A program made the position numbers and the translations under genes. A DNA stretch of 64,000 nucleotides from a virus (lineage: Duplodnaviria; Caudoviricetes): IMG/VR virus record IMGVR_UViG_3300016486_001578. The stretch is one strand, 5' to 3'. This document shows positions 10,601 through 19,231 of this stretch, one piece after another (within the stretch, counting starts at the first letter, position 1; each line of letters opens with the position of its first letter). The notes beneath the pieces were generated by a model. That model saw only the letters and a list, made by a program, of their open reading frames with translations, ran no database searches and was not told the DNA's origin.

Positions 10601-11431
10601 TTAATTTTGTTGTTCATTCATTTGTTCATTGAATCCCAATAGGAAATTTCTATAAAATTCATCAACATTTTCAGACATTGATGCCTCTTGTAAAAAGTTC
10701 TCAAAAGTTTCTAAGTAATTACTTTGACAAGTCTCAGCATCTAAAAACATTCCATAATGAACATCCTTAACAAGTGATGCTAATTGATCAGATCCTAAGG
10801 TAGTTATAACCATTTGGTTGGCCTCGAAATCACCACTGAAACCATAAGATTCTCCTAGGTTGTTCCAATATTCATCAACACAATTATTATTATTATTATT
10901 ATTATTATTATCACAACCAAATCCCATCATAGAAACTTCCTCGATTACTGGATTAGCAAAATTTGCTAAGAAATCTCCAAAATCTTCAGCTCCTTGTGAA
11001 TCTTGTAGGAATTGTTGGAAAACCTCAGGTTGTCCTATGATATCATAGTAATGTTGTAATGACCCTTGTTGAGCATTTAAATCCATGCCGAAAAATAAAT
11101 TATAATTATTCTGAACATCTGATGTAAAGTTTAGATTACAGAACCAACCATTCAATGAATTATTATCATAGTTACCACCTTGGCAATCACAATCATCAAA
11201 CTGACCATCACATGGTTCTTTACAACAATCAAATTCTGCACAATTTTCACATTCCTCTAATTTACCTAACAATATCATTGCTACGTCATTTGCTTTTTGT
11301 ATTACTGCTTCTCCCAGTATTCCTTCTTGTTTTAAATTAACTGCTGCTTCTGAGAACCTCAATATAGCCTCTGAAATTTCTGTTAAACTTGGTCCTTGAT
11401 CATTTTGATATTGGTAATTTTGATCTTCCAT
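10601..11431 (-). CDS. Acidic Cys/Asn-rich hypothetical protein
   Basis: 276-aa ORF, poly-Asn tract, Cys cluster. Confidence 0.6.
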   Translation of the reverse strand: MEDQNYQYQNDQGPSLTEISEAILRFSEAAVNLKQEGILGEAVIQKANDVAMILLGKLEECENCAEFDCCKEPCDGQFDDCDCQGGNYDNNSLNGWFCNLNFTSDVQNNYNLFFGMDLNAQQGSLQHYYDIIGQPEVFQQFLQDSQGAEDFGDFLANFANPVIEEVSMMGFGCDNNNNNNNNNCVDEYWNNLGESYGFSGDFEANQMVITTLGSDQLASLVKDVHYGMFLDAETCQSNYLETFENFLQEASMSENVDEFYRNFLLGFNEQMNEQQN

Positions 11432-11495
11432 ATAATGTTTTATTTTTTTATTCTAATAGATATATTATATATTAATAGCAATAATAGTATTTTAT

Positions 11496-12416
11496 CTAAT
11501 TTGATTCTTTTTTATCTTTTTTATCTTTTCTTTTTCTATATAACCAAGTAAAAAGAGGTATAAAAATAGTTGTTGTTATTCCTGCCATTTCTTTCCACCA
11601 TTTTAAAAACCATTCTGAGAAACTAAATACCCAATTACTCTGTACTGGTATATTCTTCTCATACACAACAATATCTCTTCCAGATATTGTTATTATCATT
11701 TTTATATAGTGATCACCTGGTTTAAGTGGTCTAATTCGCCAAACCCATTCTGTGTATCCATCTTCTGATAACGTCTGTTCAGCATTATCACCAACCATAG
11801 AAACTTCAAAGAATCCATCATCGGTGTATAAAACAGCAGACATTATACTATCCACTTTTATACTCTCGACTATTATATCATCAGAGCTTCCCTTTTTAAC
11901 TATTGGTATATTTCTATTACCAATTATTATGCTTTCTATTTTCTTTAAATAACTTATTCTAAGTTTTATAGTGGAGTATTTATTTACCTCAAAATCACTT
12001 GGTACATTATATGCTATTGTTCCATCTGATTTTTCGGAATCATTTGTTAGATCTATTATATTGAAATCTGTGGATATATCAGTAGATGTGTTATTAGTAG
12101 ACGTATTATTAGTGATTATTAGTGAATTTTGTTTTTTAGCTGATTTGGATTCCTCTATAATAATTGGATAAGATTCCACATATTCTGGATCAATATTGTA
12201 CTCTATATAATCAGGCTCTATATAATCAGGCTCTATGTATTCCACATAATCAACTATTGGTTCTATATAATCCACAACACCATTTTCGTCTTCTATAATT
12301 GGTCCAAATCTGCCTGGGTTTGATATTGTATCATTAATGTGATCATCTTCCATATAAGTAGATGTTGACTTACAAGATGATAAAAAAAACAAAGTAAAAA
12401 ATATAAAAATTCTCAT
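11496..12416 (-). CDS. Putative lipoprotein with C-terminal membrane helix
   Basis: MRIFIFFTLFFLSSC lipobox; C-terminal TM segment followed by basic tail. Confidence 0.6.
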   Translation of the reverse strand: MRIFIFFTLFFLSSCKSTSTYMEDDHINDTISNPGRFGPIIEDENGVVDYIEPIVDYVEYIEPDYIEPDYIEYNIDPEYVESYPIIIEESKSAKKQNSLIITNNTSTNNTSTDISTDFNIIDLTNDSEKSDGTIAYNVPSDFEVNKYSTIKLRISYLKKIESIIIGNRNIPIVKKGSSDDIIVESIKVDSIMSAVLYTDDGFFEVSMVGDNAEQTLSEDGYTEWVWRIRPLKPGDHYIKMIITISGRDIVVYEKNIPVQSNWVFSFSEWFLKWWKEMAGITTTIFIPLFTWLYRKRKDKKDKKESN

Positions 12417-12891
12417 ATAATATATATAAAAATATATTAATAAAAAATACTTTATAGATTATTTTATATCTACTAGATTGTTCTGTAGCTAATTCATCAC
12501 ACCTCTCGTTCTCTGGGTGCCCATTGTGTCCCTTTACCCAAAATAATTGTATATCACTGAATTTATTGTATATAGATAAAAATCTTTTCCATAGGTCTGG
12601 GTTTTTCTTACCAGCCATATTTGGTTTTTTTGACCAATTAAATAACCAACCTTTATTAACCGAATCAACAACATATTTAGAATCGCTATATATCTCTATT
12701 GGGTATTTTTTTGATTTTATGGACTCCATAGCCTCTATAACGGCGGTTAATTCCATTCTATTGTTTGTTGATTTTTTTTCACCACCGGAAATTTCTTTTA
12801 TTTTATCACGAAACTTCATAACAACACCCCAACCACCTGGTCCTGGGTTTCCCAAAGAGCTACCATCGGTATATATGTATAATTTATCCAT
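12370..12891 (-). CDS. rnhA: Ribonuclease HI
   Basis: YTDGSSLGNPGPGG, TNNRMEL, SDSKY, WVKGH, NERCDELA. Confidence 0.95.
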   Translation of the reverse strand: MDKLYIYTDGSSLGNPGPGGWGVVMKFRDKIKEISGGEKKSTNNRMELTAVIEAMESIKSKKYPIEIYSDSKYVVDSVNKGWLFNWSKKPNMAGKKNPDLWKRFLSIYNKFSDIQLFWVKGHNGHPENERCDELATEQSSRYKIIYKVFFINIFLYILYENFYIFYFVFFIIL

Positions 12892-12924
12892 ATTATTTGT
12901 AATTAAAAAATTGTAATAAGTTTA

Positions 12925-13629
12925 TTAATTAAACAAAAGGTTATAATCCTCGAATGATAAAATATTAGACTCTTTGATAAATTTTGTTTTAACTTTATTT
13001 ATTATGTCATTTATATCCTTATATCTGTTGTCTTTAAAATTCTTAACATGACCAACCATAGATTTTAATCCGTTTAGAATATCTTCTAGGAAGTGTTTTA
13101 CTGTAAAAGCACCTATACCAATTGAAGTACTTATTGTTTTCCCGCCTATATCAGTTGAGAATGCTCCAAATATATCCGAAAAAGATAGATCACCGGCTTT
13201 TATTATATTCGAAAATGTTGCAGCAAATGGAACAAACAAAGCAGTGTATGCAAATAATTCATAATAATCCTTTAGTACTTTGCCGGATTTTTTTAAGAAA
13301 AAGTCAACTATTTTTTTAAAAATTCTTATTATCTCTGTGGTGCTTTTTAAAATATAAAATAGTTCTTTTTCTTTTATCTTATCTATAATACCCTTATATT
13401 TCTCACTTGGTTCATCCAAAATCATAGCAATGGATGCTATTGTCAAATAAACGATAGAATCGGTTCCAATTTCAAGTGTTGGGTTTGAGTTAATTAATAG
13501 CCTTTCTATTATTGGATAAAAACCTCTAACTGTTGGAGCTAATATAAATACAAACTGGTATTCATACTTCAATTGTTTTAGTAGGTTATTGACCTTCTTT
13601 TCGGTTTCTTTATTTTTAAAAAATATCAT
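12925..13629 (-). CDS. Hypothetical membrane-associated protein
   Basis: 234-aa ORF with hydrophobic segments. Confidence 0.5.
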   Translation of the reverse strand: MIFFKNKETEKKVNNLLKQLKYEYQFVFILAPTVRGFYPIIERLLINSNPTLEIGTDSIVYLTIASIAMILDEPSEKYKGIIDKIKEKELFYILKSTTEIIRIFKKIVDFFLKKSGKVLKDYYELFAYTALFVPFAATFSNIIKAGDLSFSDIFGAFSTDIGGKTISTSIGIGAFTVKHFLEDILNGLKSMVGHVKNFKDNRYKDINDIINKVKTKFIKESNILSFEDYNLLFN

Positions 13630-13639
13630 GAATTATATA

Positions 13640-14116
13640 TTAATTATATATTTTACTTTTATCCAAATGCCTTAGTATTTGTTGTTGGCTTGGGTCCAAT
13701 ACCTTTTTGGCTTTATTTATAGAATAGAACTTAACATCATAAATTTCCTCATCTACCCTATTCAAGACTTTCTTTTTTATTTTATACTTGGTTCCTAACC
13801 ACTTATCTATCTCTTCTTTGGTCTTATAATAGAAGTATACGGTCATTACCTTTCTTTTATTTCCTCTTTTATAATTTATAGTTTTTTTATGAGAGTATGA
13901 TTTGTCTAGTTTTATACCAGTTTCTTCTTTTAACTCTTTTAGAGCTGATTTTAATCTACTGCTACCATCTATATGACCCTTTGGTAATGACCACATATCT
14001 GATGTTTTTTTATGTTTTTCTGAATGAACTAATAGGATTTTACCATCAACCACCAAAGATACACCAGACAATTTATCCACACTTTTATATGATTCGAATG
14101 TTTTTATAAATAACAT
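13640..14116 (-). CDS. NUDIX hydrolase
   Basis: WSLPKGH...SALKELKEETG Nudix box; N-terminal tag MLFIKTFESY. Confidence 0.85.
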   Translation of the reverse strand: MLFIKTFESYKSVDKLSGVSLVVDGKILLVHSEKHKKTSDMWSLPKGHIDGSSRLKSALKELKEETGIKLDKSYSHKKTINYKRGNKRKVMTVYFYYKTKEEIDKWLGTKYKIKKKVLNRVDEEIYDVKFYSINKAKKVLDPSQQQILRHLDKSKIYN

Positions 14117-14415
14117 AGAGTATATATAAAAAAAACAATTATTATATTTACTATATAAAATATAAATATTATGAAATTACAAAAACTCAAAAAAATTAGT
14201 GATGTGTTCAAGAAACACAACAGAAATAGGAGAATAAATGATTTATTAGGAATAAAGAATACTGAACCAAAAATAATTGATTTTGAAATAGATTATAAAT
14301 ATTCTACTATAAAAAATATTAAATAAAATATGGAAAATGGAAAAACTCCCAAAGCAAAGAAGGAATTAAAAGAAGAAGAATATGAAAAATTCACAAAAGA
14401 AGAAATAAAATCATT

Positions 14416-14976
14416 TTGGAAAAAGAAAATAAAATCAATAAAGGGGAAAAGATAGCCAGAAAAATAAAAATAAAATCACCAATAACCATAATATTTTCAT
14501 TAATTTGTGTGGTAGCTTTTTTGTTAGGTAATCCAAATATGTTTATATTAGGATCTGGTAATGTATTTGGTGTTTTTCTTTGGATATTTGGACATAATGG
14601 TATAGAACACTTAATTGGTAATCTACTACCAATATTAATAATAGGTCCGGTATTAGAATCTAGATATAGTAAAAAAACACTAATATCATTAATAACACTA
14701 ACAACACTAACAACATCAATACTTCATTTATTTTTATTTCAAGACTCAGTAACTGGTGCTAGTGGCATATTATGTATGTTTGCAATACTAACGTTAATGG
14801 GTAAAGAAGATGGTGAGATACCACTTATGGCTGTGGTATTTACATTCTTTGTAATGGTATCACAAATATTATCAGGAGCACAGATGAATGGTATTTCCGA
14901 ATTTTCACACATAATTGGTATATTAATGGGATTTTTATTCGGATTAATAATAAAGAGAGATAAAGATTATATATAA
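14416..14976 (+). CDS. Rhomboid-family intramembrane serine protease
   Basis: H....HLIGN, GASG and SHIIG motifs; multiple TM helices. Confidence 0.85.
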   Translation: MEKENKINKGEKIARKIKIKSPITIIFSLICVVAFLLGNPNMFILGSGNVFGVFLWIFGHNGIEHLIGNLLPILIIGPVLESRYSKKTLISLITLTTLTTSILHLFLFQDSVTGASGILCMFAILTLMGKEDGEIPLMAVVFTFFVMVSQILSGAQMNGISEFSHIIGILMGFLFGLIIKRDKDYI

Positions 14977-14980
14977 TGAC

Positions 14981-15574
14981 ATGATGGATAGTTTGTTAAT
15001 AATGGTGTTTAGTGGTATAATAAATTGTACCACTTGTATAGGAATAGATATGACGGAATATAGAATGTTATATGACACATTATATCAAGTACCAGTGGTT
15101 ACAGTATACTCAATAAATGAGTCAGAAAAATTAGAAGTTGTAGAAAGAGGAAATTGGTTAGAGAGTGAGAAACACTTAGGCATAAATACACCAGACTACA
15201 ATGAACATTTCTATAAAACAGGATATGATAGAGGACATCTTGTTCCACTAGATAATATGAAATACTCTAAAGAAGCAATGAATAGAGCTTGTTTGGATAT
15301 AAATATGACAAAACAAAATGCTTCTTTTAATAGAGGTGTTTGGAGAGAGATAGAAGAAGATGTAACAGAGATAATAGATACCTCTGATTTTACAATAGTA
15401 GTCACTGGGGTGGTTTATAAGAGAGGAAATGAGCTACCACCTATACCGACACACTATTATAAAATAGTTTACTCTGGTGAGTGGATATATTGGTTATGTG
15501 AAAACAAAGCAGGACTTAGTGTTAATGGAAGTAGATGTGAATATGATGATATATTAGAACTTATAGAAAAATAA
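14981..15574 (+). CDS. DNA/RNA non-specific endonuclease
   Basis: YDRGHL, NMTKQ..SFNRGVWREIE, IPTHYYK. Confidence 0.9.
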   Translation: MMDSLLIMVFSGIINCTTCIGIDMTEYRMLYDTLYQVPVVTVYSINESEKLEVVERGNWLESEKHLGINTPDYNEHFYKTGYDRGHLVPLDNMKYSKEAMNRACLDINMTKQNASFNRGVWREIEEDVTEIIDTSDFTIVVTGVVYKRGNELPPIPTHYYKIVYSGEWIYWLCENKAGLSVNGSRCEYDDILELIEK

Positions 15575-15748
15575 AAATAGATATGAAATATTTAGAAAAT
15601 TTTAAAGAATCTGGATTAAAAAGAGTAGTGGCTTTTCAAGACGAGTTTGATAATAAATGGGGAGAATATAGAACCGGTGGTGATATAAATTTAACAGAAT
15701 TATACGCAAAAATTTGAAAAATAAGATAATTAGTATTATATTTACATA

Positions 15749-16069
15749 ATGATAAAAAATATAAGCGAGTCTCCCGAAAGATGGGTCATATTGAAATTAC
15801 CAAATAATAACTATAAAGTATTTGGAACTTGGGCTGGTGGTTATTTAGGAAGTGATAGATGGAAATTAAATTCTGGTATAAAAGAAGTTAGACAAGATGA
15901 TGATTTTTATTATTTTATAGGATTCAGTGGATCAGCTTATAAATGTCATAAAAAATCATACGGAACAGCTACTTCATATGGATTAGGAGTTTTAAATGAT
16001 ATAATAGAAAGTGGTGAAGGTAAAATTGAATTACTAGAAGATAACGATAAATGGGAATCTATTTTATAA
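15749..16069 (+). CDS. Conserved phage hypothetical protein
   Basis: WAGGYLGSDRWKLNSGI...GFSGSAYKC motif, recalled from T4-like phages. Confidence 0.65.
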   Translation: MIKNISESPERWVILKLPNNNYKVFGTWAGGYLGSDRWKLNSGIKEVRQDDDFYYFIGFSGSAYKCHKKSYGTATSYGLGVLNDIIESGEGKIELLEDNDKWESIL

Positions 16070-16084
16070 AAAAATCACAAATAA

Positions 16085-16116
16085 TTTGATATTATGAAAA
16101 CTATTTCATATATTTG
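16085..16116 (+). promoter_or_regulatory. Bacteroidota-type -33/-7 promoter of the tRNA operon
   Basis: TTTG(16085-88)-N20-TATATTTG(16109-16); also TAATATATA at 16148-16156. Confidence 0.75.
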
Positions 16117-16180
16117 TGTTATAATACAAAAAGAGAGACAAACAATTTAATATATACAACAACAATAAATTAAGAATAAA

Positions 16181-16273
16181 ATGAAAACAATGACTACAAT
16201 GACAAAAAATATGAATACGGCAATTAATGCGGTGGGCGGAAATATTCGTGTCAGAGAGTTATGTATAATTTAA
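16181..16273 (+). CDS. Putative attenuator leader peptide MKTMTTMTKNMNTAINAVGGNIRVRELCII
   Basis: 30-codon ORF between promoter and terminator; codons 1-22 use only M,K,T,N,A,I,V,G. Confidence 0.75.
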   Translation: MKTMTTMTKNMNTAINAVGGNIRVRELCII

Positions 16274-16307
16274 AAATATAAAATATAAAATTATAAAAAC
16301 CCTCTGA
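16251..16307 (+). promoter_or_regulatory. Antiterminator pairing
   Basis: TCAGAGAGTTATGTATAATT (16251-70) can pair with AATTATAAAAACCCTCTGA (16289-16307), which includes the 5' arm of the terminator. Confidence 0.7.
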
Positions 16308-16327
16308 GAAATCAGAGGGTTTTTTTT
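16295..16327 (+). terminator. Attenuator terminator upstream of the first tRNA
   Basis: AAAAACCCTCTGA-GAAA-TCAGAGGG-TTTTTTTT. Confidence 0.85.
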
Positions 16328-16339
16328 GTTTATGAATAT

Positions 16340-16413
16340 AGCGATATGGTGAAATTGGTTTATCACATGCTCCTCATAAGGGTAAATTCCGAGTTCGAGT
16401 CTCGGTATCGCTA
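16340..16413 (+). tRNA. tRNA-Met(CAT) (elongator, or Ile2)
   Basis: AGCGATA/TATCGCT acceptor; CTCATAA loop; TTCGAG T-loop. Confidence 0.85.
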
Positions 16414-16419
16414 CAAAAA

Positions 16420-16492
16420 GGGACCATAGTTTAATTGGCAAAAATAGTTGGCTTGCACCCATCAGACCCGAGTTCGACTCTCGGTGGATCCA
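16420..16492 (+). tRNA. tRNA-Ala(TGC) copy 1
   Basis: GGGACCA/TGGATCC with G3-U70; loop CTTGCAC. Confidence 0.85.
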
Positions 16493-16520
16493 CAAGAAGG
16501 AATTCTATAAATTCAAAAAC

Positions 16521-16596
16521 GGGGTGACATGTTCCAAGGCTTTGGCGAGTTTGGTTTGCAACCAGACTGTGGTGGGTTCGATACCCATTCGCTCCA
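16521..16596 (+). tRNA. tRNA-Ala(TGC) copy 2, atypical D arm
   Basis: GGGGTGA/TCGCTCC with G3-U70; loop TTTGCAA; T arm GTGGG-TTCGATA-CCCAT. Confidence 0.7.
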
Positions 16597-16626
16597 CAAA
16601 AAGAAGGAATTCTATAAATTCAATAA

Positions 16627-16700
16627 TCCTTAATAACTCAGAGGTCTAGAGTGCCGTCCTGTTAAGTCGGAAGTCCTTGGTTCGAATCCAAGTTAGGGAG
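16627..16700 (+). tRNA. tRNA-Asn(GTT) copy 1
   Basis: TCCTTAA/TTAGGGA-G; loop CTGTTAA. Confidence 0.9.
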
Positions 16701-16732
16701 CAAAAAAAGAAGGAATTCTATAAATTCAACAT

Positions 16733-16804
16733 TGGTACGAATCCGAATGGTTAGGAGGCAAGCTGTTAACTTGTTATAAGAGAGTTCGATTCTCTCCGTG
16801 CCAG
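16733..16804 (+). tRNA. tRNA-Asn(GTT) copy 2, different body
   Basis: TGGTACG/CGTGCCA-G; GCAAG-CTGTTAA-CTTGT. Confidence 0.8.
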
Positions 16805-16870
16805 CTTAAAAAAGACTAATAACATTCTTTGTTAATAGACCATTATAATTAATAATAAAAAATATTAATT

Positions 16871-17329
16871 ATGATGAAAAAAATAAAGAATACTAAAAAA
16901 GTCACTGATAAAAAAATAAAAGAAATTAAAAAATTATATGAAAAACTAAAAAGTTCTAGAAAAGTAGCCGAGAAACTAAATATTTCAAAAACAACAGTAC
17001 TAAAATATACATCAACAAAAAAGATAATAGTTGATGATGAGACAAAAAAGAAAAGAGTCAAATCTGTTATAAGTTGGAGAAAAAGGAAGAAAAGAGAATT
17101 AGTAGAATACAAAGGAGGTAAATGTGAAATATGTGATTACAATAAATCACTTAGATCTCTAGATTTTCACCACAAAAATCCAAAAGAGAAGGATTTTGGA
17201 ATATCAGGAAAATCGTATTCTTTTGATAGATTAAAAAAAGAGGTGGATAAATGTGTGCTTGTTTGTAGTAATTGTCACGGAGAAATACATGATGATATAG
17301 AGCAATTTGGTTATTCAAATAAGATATAA
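16871..17329 (+). CDS. HNH homing endonuclease with N-terminal HTH
   Basis: CEIC...DFHH...LVCSNCHGEIH. Confidence 0.85.
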   Translation: MMKKIKNTKKVTDKKIKEIKKLYEKLKSSRKVAEKLNISKTTVLKYTSTKKIIVDDETKKKRVKSVISWRKRKKRELVEYKGGKCEICDYNKSLRSLDFHHKNPKEKDFGISGKSYSFDRLKKEVDKCVLVCSNCHGEIHDDIEQFGYSNKI

Positions 17330-17343
17330 GGAGGAAATTAAAA

Positions 17344-17814
17344 ATGGAAGATTTTAAAAAAGAAAGTGGAAAAGTTATTTATGATGTAAAAGAGTATATA
17401 TTGGATATTTTAAAAAACAATAAAGATACTAAAATACACATAGGAACTGATAGCCAAAAAAGGAAAGGAAAGTGGATACACTTTGCGACAGTTATATCTT
17501 TTAGATATGGAACAAGGGGAGCACATTATATTTATGCTTTCAGAAAAGAAGTAATGTTCAAAACTGTTGTACAAAGGTTGATGAGGGAAATTGAATTAAC
17601 CGTTGATTTATACCTTTGGTTAAAAGATGTGGTAGGAATAACTGCAAATGTCTTGGAAGCAGATGTTAATGAAGACAAAAAGTGGAAAAGTAATTTAGTA
17701 TATAATGCCGCTACGGGGTGGTTGATGGGAGTATCAGCACCAGAAACAGAAGTTTTGGCTAAGCCAGATCTTTTGGTAGCGGTTCGAGCAGCGAATCATT
17801 TATGTAATAGATGA
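17344..17814 (+). CDS. Ribonuclease H-like YkuK-family protein
   Basis: HIGTDSQ...FATVI...GAHYIY...RLMRE...ADVN...S...KP...AANHL. Confidence 0.8.
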   Translation: MEDFKKESGKVIYDVKEYILDILKNNKDTKIHIGTDSQKRKGKWIHFATVISFRYGTRGAHYIYAFRKEVMFKTVVQRLMREIELTVDLYLWLKDVVGITANVLEADVNEDKKWKSNLVYNAATGWLMGVSAPETEVLAKPDLLVAVRAANHLCNR

Positions 17815-17885
17815 TAGATTGGGGTCTTCGAACTTATAGTTAGAGTCTTGCGCCAAGTAAAGCAAGAAACAAAGTAAACTAAAAA

Positions 17886-17971
17886 GCGCCTTTAGCTCAG
17901 TTGGTATCCGAGAGGTGAAGAGCATCCGCCTTTTAAGCGGAGGGTCATAGGTTCGAGTCCTATAAGGCGCA
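17886..17971 (+). tRNA. tRNA-Lys(TTT) with enlarged D loop
   Basis: GCGCCTT/AAGGCGC; TCCGC-CTTTTAA-GCGGA; D loop contains extra TATCCGAGAGGTG. Confidence 0.85.
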
Positions 17972-18001
17972 CAAAATGAAAAAGAAAGAAACATTGAGTA
18001 T

Positions 18002-18082
18002 ACTCACATACCGTCCTAACCTGATAAGTTAGAGAAACGTAATTGGTTGTTGAAAATGTCGGTTCGATTCCGTCTGTGAGTA
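18002..18082 (+). tRNA. Non-canonical tRNA-Ile(GAT)-like RNA with displaced D arm
   Basis: ACTCACA/TGTGAGT-A acceptor; CTAAC-CTGATAA-GTTAG only 7 nt after the acceptor strand; D-loop-like AATTGG 3' of the anticodon arm; T loop TTCGATT. Confidence 0.6.
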
Positions 18083-18153
18083 CAAAGTCAAAAAATTAAC
18101 CATTGTGGTGAATAAAAGGCTCATAAGTTTTAATATATAAAAATAAAAAACTT

Positions 18154-18741
18154 ATGAAAACAAGAGATAAAGTAATAGAATTAAAAAAAATAGGAAAAAG
18201 TTATGACGAAATAAAAAAAGAATTAAATATATCAAAATCGACAATTAGTTATCACTGTAAGAGATATGGCCTAGATTACATAGGACCAACGAAAAAATTA
18301 GACGAATTAACTATAAAAGAAATAAAAAAATTCTGCGAAAGTAATACAATAAAGGAAGCCTCGGAAAAATTCAAGGTCTCTATAAGCTCAATAAAAAGAT
18401 ATAAAAGAAAAAAAGAAAAAATATCTTTAACAGATATAGAGAAGAAAAATAAACAAGTAACAAGAATAAGTAATTGGAGAAGAAAAATAAAACTTAAAGC
18501 ACTCGAATATAAGGGAGGTAAGTGTGAAAAATGTGGATATAATAGGTGTGTATCATCTATGGATTTTCATCATTTAGATCCAAATGAAAAAGATTTTGGA
18601 TTAAGCGGTAGTATAAAAAGTTGGGAAATAACAAAAAAGGAATTGGATAAGTGTATTTTGGTTTGTAAAAATTGTCACGGAGAAATACATAATAAAATTG
18701 AAGAAGAAAAGAGAGAAAAAAGATTAAAAAAATATAAATAA
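18154..18741 (+). CDS. HNH homing endonuclease with HTH domains (paralog of 16871)
   Basis: YKGGKCEKC...DFHH...LVCKNCHGEIH. Confidence 0.85.
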   Translation: MKTRDKVIELKKIGKSYDEIKKELNISKSTISYHCKRYGLDYIGPTKKLDELTIKEIKKFCESNTIKEASEKFKVSISSIKRYKRKKEKISLTDIEKKNKQVTRISNWRRKIKLKALEYKGGKCEKCGYNRCVSSMDFHHLDPNEKDFGLSGSIKSWEITKKELDKCILVCKNCHGEIHNKIEEEKREKRLKKYK

Positions 18742-18743
18742 AT

Positions 18744-18816
18744 GCTGGTGAAGCTCAATAGGAAGGGCGTCTGTTTTGTAATCAGAAAGCTGTGGGTTCG
18801 ACTCCCATCACTAGCT
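18744..18816 (+). tRNA. tRNA-Thr(TGT) copy 1
   Basis: GCTGGTG/CACTAGC; loop TTTGTAA. Confidence 0.8.
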
Positions 18817-18821
18817 CAAAT

Positions 18822-18905
18822 GCTCCCGTGGTGTAATTGGTAACATCCTTCCCTTACATGGAAGAGACGAGAAGTAAAACATAGGTTCGAATCCTATCGG
18901 GAGTA
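18822..18905 (+). tRNA. tRNA-Val(TAC) copy 1 with 16-nt variable region
   Basis: GCTCCCG/CGGGAGT; CTTCC-CTTACAT-GGAAG; variable region AGACGAGAAGTAAAAC. Confidence 0.8.
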
Positions 18906-18918
18906 CAAAAATAAAAAT

Positions 18919-18992
18919 GCTAGTGTAGCTCAGTTGGTCAGAGCAGGGATCTTGTAAGTCTCAGGTCGTAGGTTCGAATCCTATCACTAGCT
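18919..18992 (+). tRNA. tRNA-Thr(TGT) copy 2
   Basis: Canonical cloverleaf; loop CTTGTAA. Confidence 0.9.
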
Positions 18993-18998
18993 CAAAAT

Positions 18999-19073
18999 GG
19001 GAGTATATCTCAGTTGGTTTAGAGCAATTGTTTTACACACAATAGGTCGGGGATTCGAATTCCTCTAGTCCTA
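18999..19073 (+). tRNA. tRNA-Val(TAC) copy 2
   Basis: ATTGT-TTTACAC-ACAAT; canonical length. Confidence 0.85.
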
Positions 19074-19084
19074 CAACACCATAA

Positions 19085-19171
19085 GCGGGTGTAGCTCAGT
19101 TGGTTATCCGAGAGGTGTAGAGCGTCAGTCTTCCAAACTGAGGGCCGTGGGTTCGAGTCCCACCATCCGCT
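19085..19171 (+). tRNA. tRNA-Gly(TCC) copy 1 with enlarged D loop
   Basis: GCGGGTG/CATCCGC-T; TCAGT-CTTCCAA-ACTGA; same TATCCGAGAGGTG insertion as tRNA-Lys. Confidence 0.85.
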
Positions 19172-19231
19172 CAAAAAATATAAGCCATAGGAGAATCTCG
19201 GATTTAATATATAATAAAATTAATGACGTAA

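Larger units (their letters stand above)
16494..16729 (+). repeat. Three identical 23-nt inter-tRNA spacers AAGAAGGAATTCTATAAATTCAA
   Basis: Copies at 16494-16516, 16601-16623 and 16707-16729. Confidence 0.9.

Noticed and set aside
16259-16495. Minus-strand ORFs over the tRNA region (also 17800-17994, 19125-19376)
   Set aside because: Antisense to tRNA genes; spurious
16521-16596. Reading this tRNA as Cys(GCA)
   Set aside because: The stem register places TGC at the centre of the 7-nt loop, and G3-U70 supports Ala
16494-16729. Repeat-spacer pattern as a mini-CRISPR
   Set aside because: The intervening sequences are complete tRNA genes
17815-17885. Possible small structured RNA before tRNA-Lys (TCTTGC/GCAAGA and TAGTT/AACTA stems)
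   Set aside because: Pairing is short and no family is recognisable by eye; insufficient support
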